A stretch of 64,000 nt of DNA from Candidatus Avispirillum faecium. GTDB lineage: Bacteria > Bacillota > Clostridia > Oscillospirales > CAG-272. Position numbers and translations under genes: made by a program. The stretch is from contig CAJFOI010000022.1 of the NCBI GenBank assembly GCA_904396155.1, forward strand, positions 12,607 to 76,606. Direction: 5' to 3'. Below, in pieces: positions 9,183 to 19,976 of the stretch. The notes under the pieces were generated by a model, which did no database searches, had not been told where the DNA came from, and was given only the letters and a program-made list of their open reading frames with translations. Position 1 is the first letter of the stretch; the number at the start of each line of letters is the position of its first letter.

Positions 9183-9230
9183 AAAAAGTATTATACATGT
9201 AACAGTTGCTTCAATGATTAAGGTTCATAT

Positions 9231-9259
9231 TTGACTTAAATTATATTTAATGTTATAAT
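9231..9259 (+). promoter_or_regulatory. Sigma-A-type promoter of agrAC
   Basis: TTGACT-17-TATAAT with TG extension. Confidence 0.65.
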
Positions 9260-9290
9260 TGTGTTAATAAAAACATAAGGTGTGTGCTTT

Positions 9291-10025
9291 ATGATAAACA
9301 TATTATTTTGTGATGATAATACAGAATTTCTTTCACTTTTGCATGGTTATGTTAAAAAGATAATGAAAAGTCATTTCAGAGATATTTTAATGGATGCAGA
9401 ATTATTTAGTTATGACAATGGAAAAAGTGTGATTTCCTTTGCTAAAAAATCCAGAGTTGACGTGATTTTTCTTGATATTGATATGAAAAATCTTAATGGA
9501 TTTGAAGTTGCAAAGAGACTGATAGAGATAAACGATGAAACGCTGATAGTATTTGTATCGGCGTACGATCAGTTTGTTTACGATGTATTTGAATTTTATC
9601 CGGTTGCCTTTCTCAGGAAGGGAAAAATCTGTGATGAATTGCCGAAGGTATTAAAGAGGATTTCAGAAAAGCTCAACGAGTCCAGTGAAAAACTAACGGT
9701 TTGTACAACGCAAGGGAAGGTTTTACTTAGGGAGAAAGATATTGTTTTTATACATAGCATTGGGAATTATTGTTACTATATGCTGATAAACGGTATACAG
9801 CATTCATGCCGTGATACTTTGTCGAATATAGAGAAATCCATTATGAGTTTAAAGTTTTATAGAGTTCACGCTGCGTATATTGTAAATTTTGATCAAATAC
9901 AAAGTATTGATAAACCGAACTCCGTGATAATGGGCAGAAACAATGTACCTGTGCCCATAGCACAGCGTAGGTGGACAGGCTTTAAGAAAGCATATGCGGA
10001 ATATATATCAAGGAGCTTGATATGA
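9291..10025 (+). CDS. agrA: LytTR response regulator
   Basis: REC (CDD, FLDIDM, FVS) plus LytTR (FYRVHAAYIVN); within the agr locus. Confidence 0.88.
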   Translation: MINILFCDDNTEFLSLLHGYVKKIMKSHFRDILMDAELFSYDNGKSVISFAKKSRVDVIFLDIDMKNLNGFEVAKRLIEINDETLIVFVSAYDQFVYDVFEFYPVAFLRKGKICDELPKVLKRISEKLNESSEKLTVCTTQGKVLLREKDIVFIHSIGNYCYYMLINGIQHSCRDTLSNIEKSIMSLKFYRVHAAYIVNFDQIQSIDKPNSVIMGRNNVPVPIAQRRWTGFKKAYAEYISRSLI

Positions 10026-11329
10026 TTTGTAAGATTGCAGAGATACTGGCAACTTTTTCGGATGTTGCATTTCTAGTGTGGTTTATACCTGCTTTTCTTC
10101 ACTTATCAATTAAAAATGATATTAAGCCGTTGGTGTATATTATACCCGCAGCGATGTTAGCTTTCGAATATTTGGCTGACTACTTCTTTCCGGGTTTCGA
10201 TTTTATATATTTGATAGGCTCTATTGCTTTCACAGTTTTGTTTGCAATTGTGATAAATATCGGAAGAAAGTCAAAATTTAGAGCACTTCTTGCTTCCTGT
10301 ATATTTATAGTTGTCCTAATATTTTCAAGCAGCTTGGTTTATACGATTTTATCGTTTATTATTGACGAAATGGATTTGATCATGCAAGGTGAAACCAGCA
10401 TTCTGAGAGTTATATATCTAACTGTTTGCCTGGCAATAAGGGTTATCATATATAAAGTGATTCTTGCTATATTTTCGTATAACGATCCATTGGATAAGAA
10501 AAATGGCTTGTTTATCTCTTTTTATACTTTGATATCGGCTATTGGTCTGGGGATACTAATGAAGCTTGCTGTAGCAAATGAAGGAAAGAATGAAGCATAT
10601 ATTCTTTTGTTGCTGTTTGTTATTATTGCATCAACTGCTATTTCCTTTTTTATGATATACCAGGTGCAAATATCGCAACGTAGGGAGTATGAATACAAGT
10701 TTATTGCGGAGAGAGCATCTTTTGCCAAAGAAAGTGCAAAGGAAGCAAGCCTTATATGGGAAAACATTCGCAAAGTGAGGCATGAATTAAAGAACCATTT
10801 GTCAATAGTTTCGGCAAAATTAAAATCTGGTGATGTGACAGGGTGCGGTGAATTTATTGATGGTCTAACGGAAACGGTCGATCAATTCGGAAACATTATC
10901 AAAACGGATAACGCCGTTATTGACTATTTGATTAATTCAAAGTTATCCGGACAAGATAAAACAAAGGTGGTTGTATCTGGGTATATTGATAATTACACCG
11001 ATATTGATGATACGGATCTAGTCTGCATTTTGGGAAATGTTATTGATAATGCTGTTGAGGCGGAACGCAATATTGAAGAATCAAAACGAAGAATAGAACT
11101 TCATTTCATTTGTCAGAATCAGAATAGAATTATTGTGTGCAAGAATACAATTGAGACCTCTGTTTTAAAAACAAATCCTAAATTGCAAACAACCAAAAAG
11201 GATCCCCGTATGCATGGATTAGGACACAAAATCATTCAAGAAGTCGCCGAAAAGTATCATGGGTTTGTGGACTATTCTGAATCGGATGATATGTTTTGTG
11301 TGCAGATTATTTTACCTCTAAAACAATAA
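10022..11329 (+). CDS. agrC: AgrC-like membrane histidine kinase
   Basis: Multiple TMs, RHELKNH, GNVIDNAVEA, HGLG. Confidence 0.88.
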   Translation: MICKIAEILATFSDVAFLVWFIPAFLHLSIKNDIKPLVYIIPAAMLAFEYLADYFFPGFDFIYLIGSIAFTVLFAIVINIGRKSKFRALLASCIFIVVLIFSSSLVYTILSFIIDEMDLIMQGETSILRVIYLTVCLAIRVIIYKVILAIFSYNDPLDKKNGLFISFYTLISAIGLGILMKLAVANEGKNEAYILLLLFVIIASTAISFFMIYQVQISQRREYEYKFIAERASFAKESAKEASLIWENIRKVRHELKNHLSIVSAKLKSGDVTGCGEFIDGLTETVDQFGNIIKTDNAVIDYLINSKLSGQDKTKVVVSGYIDNYTDIDDTDLVCILGNVIDNAVEAERNIEESKRRIELHFICQNQNRIIVCKNTIETSVLKTNPKLQTTKKDPRMHGLGHKIIQEVAEKYHGFVDYSESDDMFCVQIILPLKQ

Positions 11330-11337
11330 TGTATATC

Positions 11338-11364
11338 AAAAAAACGCCCAATAGGGCGTTTTTT
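11338..11364 (+). terminator. Intrinsic (bidirectional) terminator
   Basis: AAAAAAACGCCC-aata-GGGCGTTTTTT. Confidence 0.8.
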
Positions 11365-11381
11365 GTATTATATTGGTGCAT

Positions 11382-11443
11382 TTATCACTAAATTCTCTGC
11401 ATTATCCCAAATACTTGCAATGTTATATTTTACAATATATAAT
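11382..11443 (+). promoter_or_regulatory. Putative AgrA-dependent promoter of the biosynthetic cluster
   Basis: TTATCACTAA 11382 and TTATCCCAAA 11402 (20-bp pitch); TTGCAA-17-TATAAT. Confidence 0.65.
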
Positions 11444-11735
11444 GCAAATAAAGTATTTATTTTGTTAGTTTTTGACAATTAGGAATGAAAGCTAAAGTAT
11501 TCATTCCTGTGCTACTGCAAATAATTTTCCAACTATGAAGAGGTAACGAGATGAGATTAATATTCATAGACTATCTGCCAAGCTTTGAAACCGGTGAGAT
11601 AGATAATATAATTAAGTTTAGAACATAATAGATTTTCTAAGAACAATATAGGAAAATTGAAAAAATTTTATATGCGCGAAACATTGTTTTTTCTACCAAG
11701 CTGTGAGCGTGTTGGGGTCATTAAGGATAAAAATA

Positions 11736-12422
11736 ATGAACAATAATATTGCCAAGCTTTTTATTGTCCCTTTAAACGAATCATTTAATTCCGAATTATA
11801 TGATACATTGTCGTTATCCATAGCAACTAATAAAAAAGCAAAACTTGATAGTTATGAATCTGATATTGACAAAAAGCTCGAACTATATGCTGACATTTTG
11901 GTACGAATATCTATATATCAGGATTTGAATATAGAAAACGGCAATATTGAGTTCGGTACGAATAGCTACGGCAAGCCTTTTTTGATGAATAATCAAGATT
12001 ATCATTTCAATGTATCGCATACACACAATATGATCGCAGTAGCTGTTTCAAATAATTCGGTTGGTGTTGATGTGGAAAAAATAAAAGAAATAGATACGAG
12101 GATTGCAAAACGATTCTTTACCAAACAGGAATTTAGTTATATTGAAAAATTTCAGGATAACAGAAGCGAAAGATTCTTTAAAATATGGACGAAAAAAGAA
12201 GCCTATATAAAGTACACTGGTAAGGGTTTATCGGTTCCGTTGAACTCATTTGATGTGACAACTAGAGAATTATCTGCACATTTTTACACTGTCAGATATG
12301 GTAAATACATAATTAATATGTACGGAGCAGAAGAAAATATTGCTCCTATTACAATCATTATGTCGGAGACAGGACTTATAAATCTGGCAAAAGATTTGCT
12401 GTTATATGCTGTAGTATCCTAA
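11736..12422 (+). CDS. Sfp-type 4'-phosphopantetheinyl transferase
   Basis: YGKP, FNVSH, VGVDVE, WTKKEAYIKYTGKG. Confidence 0.92.
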   Translation: MNNNIAKLFIVPLNESFNSELYDTLSLSIATNKKAKLDSYESDIDKKLELYADILVRISIYQDLNIENGNIEFGTNSYGKPFLMNNQDYHFNVSHTHNMIAVAVSNNSVGVDVEKIKEIDTRIAKRFFTKQEFSYIEKFQDNRSERFFKIWTKKEAYIKYTGKGLSVPLNSFDVTTRELSAHFYTVRYGKYIINMYGAEENIAPITIIMSETGLINLAKDLLLYAVVS

Positions 12423-12726
12423 CTAATTGGATTATGCAAAAAAGATGGAGTCATGAACATTGCAGTTGAACATGTATCGGAGCAAAAGATTACCGGTACC
12501 AATTACAGAATTTAATTGCAATGAAATTATTTGTCGTACTAATACAAATTTATTGGCGTCCGATTTCCTTTGTCTAAAGGTAGTATTCTTTTAATGATGT
12601 GGTGAACTTTTCTGACGGCAAAATGGTTGAAGTAATCGTATTGAATTTAATATGCGCAAAAGTATAAGTGTTAACGTTTTGATAGATAAACATTTAATAG
12701 AGCGCTACTAACATTGGGAGGCAATT

Positions 12727-14511
12727 ATGAAAAGGCTCGTGGCTGCCGTTAAAAATATAGGGTTCATGTTTAAATATTCATGGAATTTTGCGAAAGGGAG
12801 ATATTTTATTGCGATAATAAATATTGTTTTAGATTCGGCGCAGCCGATATTTACCTTGTTAATGCCAAAGTATATTATAGATGAGCTGACGTACGGGCGG
12901 CGATGGAATATAGTTGGTATATATATCGCCGCCTTAGTCGGAATTAATTTGGCATTGAGTGGAATTCGCGAATTTGTAAAATATGCAAGCAGTGAGTCAA
13001 GTTTAAAAAGCCAGTGGAAGTTTAGTATGAAGCACGGTGTGATTTGCGCCACTATGGATTACAGCAAACTGGAAAACAGTTCTGTCAAAGACAAGGTAAA
13101 TCAGGCTATCAATAATACAAGTCCTGTCCAATTTATTGATAGCACCGTTACTGGGTTTGTTACAAACATCATACAGCTTGCAGGATACACTTATATAATT
13201 GCAACATTGCATCCGTTAGTAATACTGTTTATTTTGCTTCTGATTTTTATTGCATCCCTGGTAACCAAAGGCAGAGAAAAGCTTGGCTACGAATATCAGC
13301 CCATATTTTCAAAGTTTTCTCGCAAATTCAATTACCTTCTGAATGCAATGATACGTTTTGATTTTGGGAAAGAGGTCAGGATAAACAAAGCATCAACATG
13401 GCTTGAAAAGAAATTCGCAAACGAGATTGATGATTACATGGACATCTTTAACAAAAGTCAGAAAGGATACTTGAGACTTAGTATATTTGATTCTGTGCTG
13501 GAATTAATACAGACTGTCGTTATGTATGGATATGCAGTTTATAAGACAATAATAGGCAACATTACTGTTGGTAGTTTCAGTGTTTATCTTAGTACCGTCA
13601 CGTTGTTTACGCAAGGGTTCCAAGATCTTGTAAACAGATTTATTTCTTTTGGATATTTGTCAAAGTATGTAGATGATTATAAGGAATGTCTTGATGTGAT
13701 TTCGCCGTCACGGAGCAAATATGTAAATACGGATATTGATATAGAAAACACAGAAAAACATGAGATCATATTTGATCATGTTACATTTAAATACCCCAAT
13801 ACAGACAGGTATGTATTAAAGGATATATCAATAAAAATTGAAGCTGGTAAAAAGTTATCTATCGTTGGATATAACGGAGCGGGCAAGACAACATTTATTA
13901 AACTTATTTGTCGTCTTTACGAGCCTACAGAAGGAAAAATATATTATAACGGCATTGACATATCAACTATAGACTACGATACATATATGAAATTGTTGTC
14001 AGTAGTTTTTCAGGATTTTGCACTGTTTTATTTCACAATTAAGGACAATATTGTTTTTGATGATGACAAAGGCGACTTTGCATTAAATGAGGCAATTGAG
14101 AAAAGTGGGCTGCGCGAAAAAATAGACGGATTAAAAGACGGGTGGAACACTCCGCTCAGTAAGGAATTTTATAATAACGGTATAGAATTTTCTGGAGGTG
14201 AGGGACAAAAACTGGCCTGTGCACGGGCCTATTATAAGGATGCACCTATTATTATATTTGATGAGCCTACCGCATCTTTGGATGCTATTGCAGAAAGCCA
14301 GTTATATGAACGCTTTAACAATATTATTGAAAATAAAACTGCCATTTATATTTCTCACCGACTAGCCTCAGTAAAGTTTTGTGACAGTGTAGCTGTGTTC
14401 GCAGACGGAGAGATTGTTGAATATGGCACTCATGACGAACTGATGGCACTTGACGGAATGTATACGGAAATGTTCAATAAACAGTCTCAATTTTATGTGG
14501 AGGAAAATTGA
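12727..14511 (+). CDS. ABC exporter, fused permease/ATPase
   Basis: TMD plus GYNGAGKT, FSGGE, DEPT. Confidence 0.92.
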   Translation: MKRLVAAVKNIGFMFKYSWNFAKGRYFIAIINIVLDSAQPIFTLLMPKYIIDELTYGRRWNIVGIYIAALVGINLALSGIREFVKYASSESSLKSQWKFSMKHGVICATMDYSKLENSSVKDKVNQAINNTSPVQFIDSTVTGFVTNIIQLAGYTYIIATLHPLVILFILLLIFIASLVTKGREKLGYEYQPIFSKFSRKFNYLLNAMIRFDFGKEVRINKASTWLEKKFANEIDDYMDIFNKSQKGYLRLSIFDSVLELIQTVVMYGYAVYKTIIGNITVGSFSVYLSTVTLFTQGFQDLVNRFISFGYLSKYVDDYKECLDVISPSRSKYVNTDIDIENTEKHEIIFDHVTFKYPNTDRYVLKDISIKIEAGKKLSIVGYNGAGKTTFIKLICRLYEPTEGKIYYNGIDISTIDYDTYMKLLSVVFQDFALFYFTIKDNIVFDDDKGDFALNEAIEKSGLREKIDGLKDGWNTPLSKEFYNNGIEFSGGEGQKLACARAYYKDAPIIIFDEPTASLDAIAESQLYERFNNIIENKTAIYISHRLASVKFCDSVAVFADGEIVEYGTHDELMALDGMYTEMFNKQSQFYVEEN

Positions 14512-16307
14512 TGAAAAATAAAAAACATAAAAGTATATCGGCAAAGCAGCTTTTTTCCAACACTGTATTTGTGTTAAAGTTCCTCTACAAAACAAATAAG
14601 AAGCTGTACCTTATCCGTATACCTGTATTGCTTCTGCAAGTAACTTCAACATTTATTCCAATTATTTTTGTTAGATATATATTAAACGCTGTTACTGTTG
14701 GAAACAACATGCATAACGCAATGATATATGTGATGGCAATGGCGATTTTGACGTTTGTCGTCGGTGTTTTGAACAACATTTTTTCAAGCTGCGATCAAAA
14801 GCAGGTAGCAAGGACACGTTATCTTGCAAATCTGGCGCTGGGAAAATCAGTTATGCGCTTGCAGTATGAGGATTTGGAGCGACCGGAAACAAAAAGTTTT
14901 GTATCGCTTGCACAAGAAGATTCAATGCTGTATATTCTTACACTTGTTTCTAATTTTATTTCGTCAATAATTAGAGTTGCTGGCTTGACTGCCATCGTTT
15001 TGACTTTTCAGCCGCTGATTTTAATTCTCATTGCCGCAGTAATTGCAGTTAAAATGTTTATTGATAAGAAAAAACGGCACAGATTAGAGTTTTACAGAAG
15101 TGTTTGGGCCCCTATAAATAGGAAATCCGCATATATTATTGAATCCATGAAGGAAATCCAGTATGCAAAAGAGATCAGGGTAAATAATTTATCCGGTTGG
15201 CTTTGTAAAAAGCTTCAGGAGCATTTAGATTCTGAGGTATATCCGTTAAAGAAAAAAAGCGAAAAAGAAAACCGGCGTCTGAATATGTTTACTACCATTA
15301 CTGGAATATTGCAGGAGTGTGTTGTGTATTTCATTTTGGCATACCGCGTGATTTTTGCAGGTATGAGTATTGGTGATTTTTCAATGTATATGACCAGTAT
15401 ACAAAACTTTACCGACAGTATAACAGGCGTATTTTGGAACTACTCAAGACTTATCATTATGAGCCGCTTTGCGAGAGAATTCCGTTATTGTATCGAACTT
15501 GAAAAGAACATAAAAAAACAAGGGATCGAACACCTTGAAGATCACGGCAGCTCGGAGGATTTGAAAATCGAATTTCGTAATGTTTCATTTACATATCCCG
15601 ATACGGATAAGGTTATTTTGAAGAATATTTCAATTGCAATAGAGCCACGGCAGTCTTTGTCTATTGTAGGCGTAAACGGCGCTGGAAAGACAACTTTTGT
15701 CAAGTTGCTTTGCCGGCTTTATGAACCGACTGCCGGAGAAATATTGATCAATGGGATCCCGATACAAAACATACCGTTGGATGAATATTACGATTTGCTT
15801 GGTGTGGTTTTTCAGGATTTCAAGTTGTTTTCTTTCTCTGTGCGAGAGAATGTTTGTCTTGATACTGAAGGCGACGATTCAAAACTTACAAAATGTATTG
15901 AAAAAAGCGGGCTTGCAGATAAGATAGGCACCCTGCCAAATAAGTATAATACTATGATAAATAAAGAATTTGATGATTTTGGTATTGAATTCTCAGGCGG
16001 AGAGGGGCAAAAGCTTGCTATAGCAAGGGCACTTTATAAAGAAGCTCCGTTGATAATTCTGGATGAGCCTACATCTGCTCTTGATCCGATTGCGGAATAT
16101 GAGATATACAACCGTTTTCATCAGCTTACGGATGGAAAAAGCACAATATATATTTCCCACCGTCTTTCTTCCACACGATTTACCGACAAGATCGCGGTAT
16201 TTTCTGACGGTGAGCTTTGCGAGTACGGGAATCACGATGAACTGATGCAAATTGAGAATGGCGTATACAAAAACATGTTCGAAATGCAAGCGCAGTATTA
16301 TAGATGA
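14508..16307 (+). CDS. ABC exporter, fused permease/ATPase (probable heterodimer partner)
   Basis: TMD plus GVNGAGKT, FSGGE, DEPT; overlaps the previous gene. Confidence 0.92.
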   Translation: MMKNKKHKSISAKQLFSNTVFVLKFLYKTNKKLYLIRIPVLLLQVTSTFIPIIFVRYILNAVTVGNNMHNAMIYVMAMAILTFVVGVLNNIFSSCDQKQVARTRYLANLALGKSVMRLQYEDLERPETKSFVSLAQEDSMLYILTLVSNFISSIIRVAGLTAIVLTFQPLILILIAAVIAVKMFIDKKKRHRLEFYRSVWAPINRKSAYIIESMKEIQYAKEIRVNNLSGWLCKKLQEHLDSEVYPLKKKSEKENRRLNMFTTITGILQECVVYFILAYRVIFAGMSIGDFSMYMTSIQNFTDSITGVFWNYSRLIIMSRFAREFRYCIELEKNIKKQGIEHLEDHGSSEDLKIEFRNVSFTYPDTDKVILKNISIAIEPRQSLSIVGVNGAGKTTFVKLLCRLYEPTAGEILINGIPIQNIPLDEYYDLLGVVFQDFKLFSFSVRENVCLDTEGDDSKLTKCIEKSGLADKIGTLPNKYNTMINKEFDDFGIEFSGGEGQKLAIARALYKEAPLIILDEPTSALDPIAEYEIYNRFHQLTDGKSTIYISHRLSSTRFTDKIAVFSDGELCEYGNHDELMQIENGVYKNMFEMQAQYYR

Positions 16308-16365
16308 ACGAGTTTCCTGCCGCTTTTTGTAGAGATTGTACATTTATAAAAGGATGGTTTGTATT

Positions 16366-18870
16366 ATGAAGTATAAAGATATTGTGTATAAAATATCAGA
16401 CGAACTTATGGCTCCGGATGCAATGGGAATAGTAGAGGCAGATATTTTTGATTGGTCAACACCTTGTAAATGTTATGTAGAGTCTATTCCTGCAGTTGAA
16501 AAAGCGGTAGAACTATGTACAAATTTTGATTTGGAAGAAAATGTTACCAATATTATAACAGATGAGATCCCACCAGAGGGATTTTGCAAAAGATACGTTT
16601 ACTTTTTTATGATTGAGGTTGCTGAAAACATAGATATTGTTTATTATCCTTACATACCTGGTTCGGAGCATCGTCACTGGCTTAACGGTAAACTCGCTTT
16701 CATAGGAAACACGTTGTCTGTTTATACTATTTCATTAAGAAAAGGACGTAATATTTTTTGTGTTGAAAAATTTACAGAAGGTGTTCCTTTTGTAAGAATT
16801 CAAGTGAAAGATAATGCGTCTCATACTGCACTTCTTTCGTTGACAGAGAACAATTATTGGTATAAACCAAGTAATTTTGAAATAGCACACGATAAGCACA
16901 TTCAAAACGGGGAGCCTTTCCAATTTACTTTAATTCCCCTTGATTTAATAAATTTGAATTATGATTCAATCGTGAATATGACAATTCAATTGGGAGAAGA
17001 GGGCCCAATTTTACATGAAAGAAAAGTGACTTTCAAAGAAACATATAAAATAGATCTTTCATTTATACCCAATATGAGGGAAGACGAATGTGAAAGGTTA
17101 TATGTTTATTTTAGGGTAAAAGACAAAAATGGCAGAATATCAGAAAAATATACCTATTTATTCAGACATGATATTAAACCTGAGTATATTAAAGATTTGA
17201 AAGAGAGAACATCATGTATACTCGAACAAAAGGATGTTCCTGAATTACTGAAAGATGAAATTAGGTTTTATGCGCAGATAATGACGGATCAAATAACATA
17301 TTATTATTTCGGGTATCTTTTAAAGAAAATGCTGAAAGCGGCAGAGGACAATGCATTAAATAATTATTTGTTTAGTCCCGGAGCCCATAATGTATACTAT
17401 TATTCCAATATAAATAATGAATATCACCACTATTATGTCGTACTGCCAAAAGATTTTGATCCTTCGAAAAAATATCCTCTATTGTTGACTTTTCAGTTTG
17501 GCCATGTAAACAATTTCGAGTCTATTCATCACTCATCAAATTTTTCTGCACGTTTTGCGGATCGTGAAGGGGCGATTTATGCAGACATAGGTGGAGACGG
17601 CTGTACCATGGGCAGTTATACAGGAGAAGTATTTCTGCTAGCGGAGATTGAACACTTGCTGAAGAATTTCCCTGTCGACAGAAAAAGGGTTTATGCAATA
17701 GCCAATTGTGCCGGTAATATAGCAGCTCTCAATTTTGTTGAGACATATCCTCATCTGTTTGCGGGAATATATACCAGAAGTGCAGACATTACCAAAAACA
17801 GTATTGGTAATTTGTATAACCTTCACTGTATGTATGTTTTCAGTGGACAAGATGATTGGGTGTTAAAAGATACAAGACTTATAAAAAAGAAATTAAATAA
17901 TGTCGAATTTATCTATTCCGATAAGTATCTTGATAGGTATATAGATCTTATTCTCTCTCAATATACTGTATCTGCAATTGATCATTTAATGACAGGAGAA
18001 CTGGACGAATACCCAGAAAATATTCATTATAGAACTGTAAGAAACCGTGCTCGACGAGCCTACTATATTGAGATTGAATCTATAAAAAGGGGAAAATCTT
18101 TTGCTGAGTTTAGTTCTAAAATTGAAGGACAGAATCTTGTTATTTTGACGAAAAACTGTACAGGGCTAAAAATTACTCTTCCTCCGCAAATAAACAAGGA
18201 GCACTTTACTATAAAAGTAAATGGTAAACTGTTAATCTTTAGCAAATATAAAAAGGATGAGGTATATTTGAAACAACATTCTGGGAGGGGATTTGAACTT
18301 GTTGATAGCTACAGTGAAAATATTTGTTATTACAAAGGAACAGGACTGTTAGATGTTTACTTATCTTCAATGAGAACTGTAAACTGTAATTTGGACGATG
18401 ATAAACTAACGAAAGTGTCAAAGGCTTTTGCCAATCCCACAACCAATACAATAGTAGAAACCAATATTAACTATCCTATTATTTCCATGGAGGAAATTTC
18501 TAATAACCTAAATAATGCACTAACGATTGTTGACAGTAATTGTGAATCAAACGAAACACTTGGTTTTATACGAACAAAACTGCCAATTCAAATGGATAGC
18601 AAAGGATACTATTACAAAGGGAAAACTGTTCAGGGAGACTACTGCATCTTACAGGTTATTGATAATCCTTGGTATAATGACAAAAGTATATTATATATTA
18701 ATACCAATAACAGGGATTTATATGCAAAAAATATTATAACTCGAAAGCTAATGCTTCCTTCGTACAGAAATGGCTATCATCCATATTTAAATGGTGTTGC
18801 GCTACTATTTGATGGATACAAATACTTAACTATAAGAGAATGGACAAATGATTTTGTTGAAATATTATAG
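16366..18870 (+). CDS. Large multidomain alpha/beta-hydrolase-fold protein
   Basis: LPKDFDPSKKYPLLL and VDRKRVYAIANCAG at the nucleophile-elbow position. Confidence 0.6.
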   Translation: MKYKDIVYKISDELMAPDAMGIVEADIFDWSTPCKCYVESIPAVEKAVELCTNFDLEENVTNIITDEIPPEGFCKRYVYFFMIEVAENIDIVYYPYIPGSEHRHWLNGKLAFIGNTLSVYTISLRKGRNIFCVEKFTEGVPFVRIQVKDNASHTALLSLTENNYWYKPSNFEIAHDKHIQNGEPFQFTLIPLDLINLNYDSIVNMTIQLGEEGPILHERKVTFKETYKIDLSFIPNMREDECERLYVYFRVKDKNGRISEKYTYLFRHDIKPEYIKDLKERTSCILEQKDVPELLKDEIRFYAQIMTDQITYYYFGYLLKKMLKAAEDNALNNYLFSPGAHNVYYYSNINNEYHHYYVVLPKDFDPSKKYPLLLTFQFGHVNNFESIHHSSNFSARFADREGAIYADIGGDGCTMGSYTGEVFLLAEIEHLLKNFPVDRKRVYAIANCAGNIAALNFVETYPHLFAGIYTRSADITKNSIGNLYNLHCMYVFSGQDDWVLKDTRLIKKKLNNVEFIYSDKYLDRYIDLILSQYTVSAIDHLMTGELDEYPENIHYRTVRNRARRAYYIEIESIKRGKSFAEFSSKIEGQNLVILTKNCTGLKITLPPQINKEHFTIKVNGKLLIFSKYKKDEVYLKQHSGRGFELVDSYSENICYYKGTGLLDVYLSSMRTVNCNLDDDKLTKVSKAFANPTTNTIVETNINYPIISMEEISNNLNNALTIVDSNCESNETLGFIRTKLPIQMDSKGYYYKGKTVQGDYCILQVIDNPWYNDKSILYINTNNRDLYAKNIITRKLMLPSYRNGYHPYLNGVALLFDGYKYLTIREWTNDFVEIL

Positions 18871-18905
18871 AAATATGAACGCTATAGTGAGCAATGGAGA
18901 TTGAT

Positions 18906-19976
18906 ATGGAGAGTAATAACCTTTTTTTTAGATTATGTGATCCTTTACAAAAGCATATTTATGAGGCGGATTTAATTAGCAATCAGGAGGAATTATTTGG
19001 TCAACTAGTGTTGAACAAAATGGTTGGAATTGCATTTAAAAAGCTTGAATACAGAGCGTTAAATCCTGAGTTGAGAAAGACACTAATTTTGCTAAATGAT
19101 AACTATCTAAACAGAAGTGCGCTGTACAAAAAACAATTAAAATATTTGGTTAATAATATATTAGCAAATGCAGAATTTGACTATTCTTTGTTGAAAGGAT
19201 CATTTTTATCAACTAATTTGTATAAATCTGGGCAAAGGGTTTCCAACGATTTTGATATACTAATCAGTCCGGAAAGCATCTCAAGATTGCAAAAATTATT
19301 AATTGACAATGGTTTTGTACAGGGTGGAGTTAACAGTTCTAACGAAATTGTTCCGGCCACAAGAAGGGAGATACTAGAATCAAGATTGAATTTTGGTCAA
19401 ACAGTTCCATTTGTGAAAATTATCGAAAACTCTCCATTGATAATAGACATAAATTTTTCTCTTGATTTTAAAGCATCAGCCAACAACATCGTTGGAGAAT
19501 TTTTGAATGATATAGTGATTGCAACCTTTGAAAATGTTCGCTTTAAGACTTTAAGTCCGATTAAATTCTTACTTCATCTTGCATGTCACCTATATAAAGA
19601 ATCTACTACATACTACTGGGTTGCACGCCGTAGAGATTTAATGTTGTATAAATTTTGCGATATCTATATGTTTATTAATAAATTTGGAACGATAGAATAT
19701 TTCTCGGATTTAATTGAACAGATTAAAAAATACAATTTTGAAAAGGAATGTTATTATACCTTTGAAAATTCTTCTATAATTTATCCGGCTTTAAATAAAA
19801 TCGATGGTTTTTTGAAAGTGAAAGAATCAATTAAACCTGAAAATTTGGATTTTATGAAACAAATCGTATATCCGCGAGAGAAAAAACTTTTCAAGTATGA
19901 TATGAGTTTCACAGATTGGTTTTTCTGCCCTGATCGCGTTTCTCAATTGGAGGAAATACCATATGAAGAATATTGA
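18906..19976 (+). CDS. Nucleotidyltransferase family protein (NTP_transf_5-like)
   Basis: LLKG..L...LY....RVSNDFDILI and LLHLACHLYKE. Confidence 0.75.
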   Translation: MESNNLFFRLCDPLQKHIYEADLISNQEELFGQLVLNKMVGIAFKKLEYRALNPELRKTLILLNDNYLNRSALYKKQLKYLVNNILANAEFDYSLLKGSFLSTNLYKSGQRVSNDFDILISPESISRLQKLLIDNGFVQGGVNSSNEIVPATRREILESRLNFGQTVPFVKIIENSPLIIDINFSLDFKASANNIVGEFLNDIVIATFENVRFKTLSPIKFLLHLACHLYKESTTYYWVARRRDLMLYKFCDIYMFINKFGTIEYFSDLIEQIKKYNFEKECYYTFENSSIIYPALNKIDGFLKVKESIKPENLDFMKQIVYPREKKLFKYDMSFTDWFFCPDRVSQLEEIPYEEY

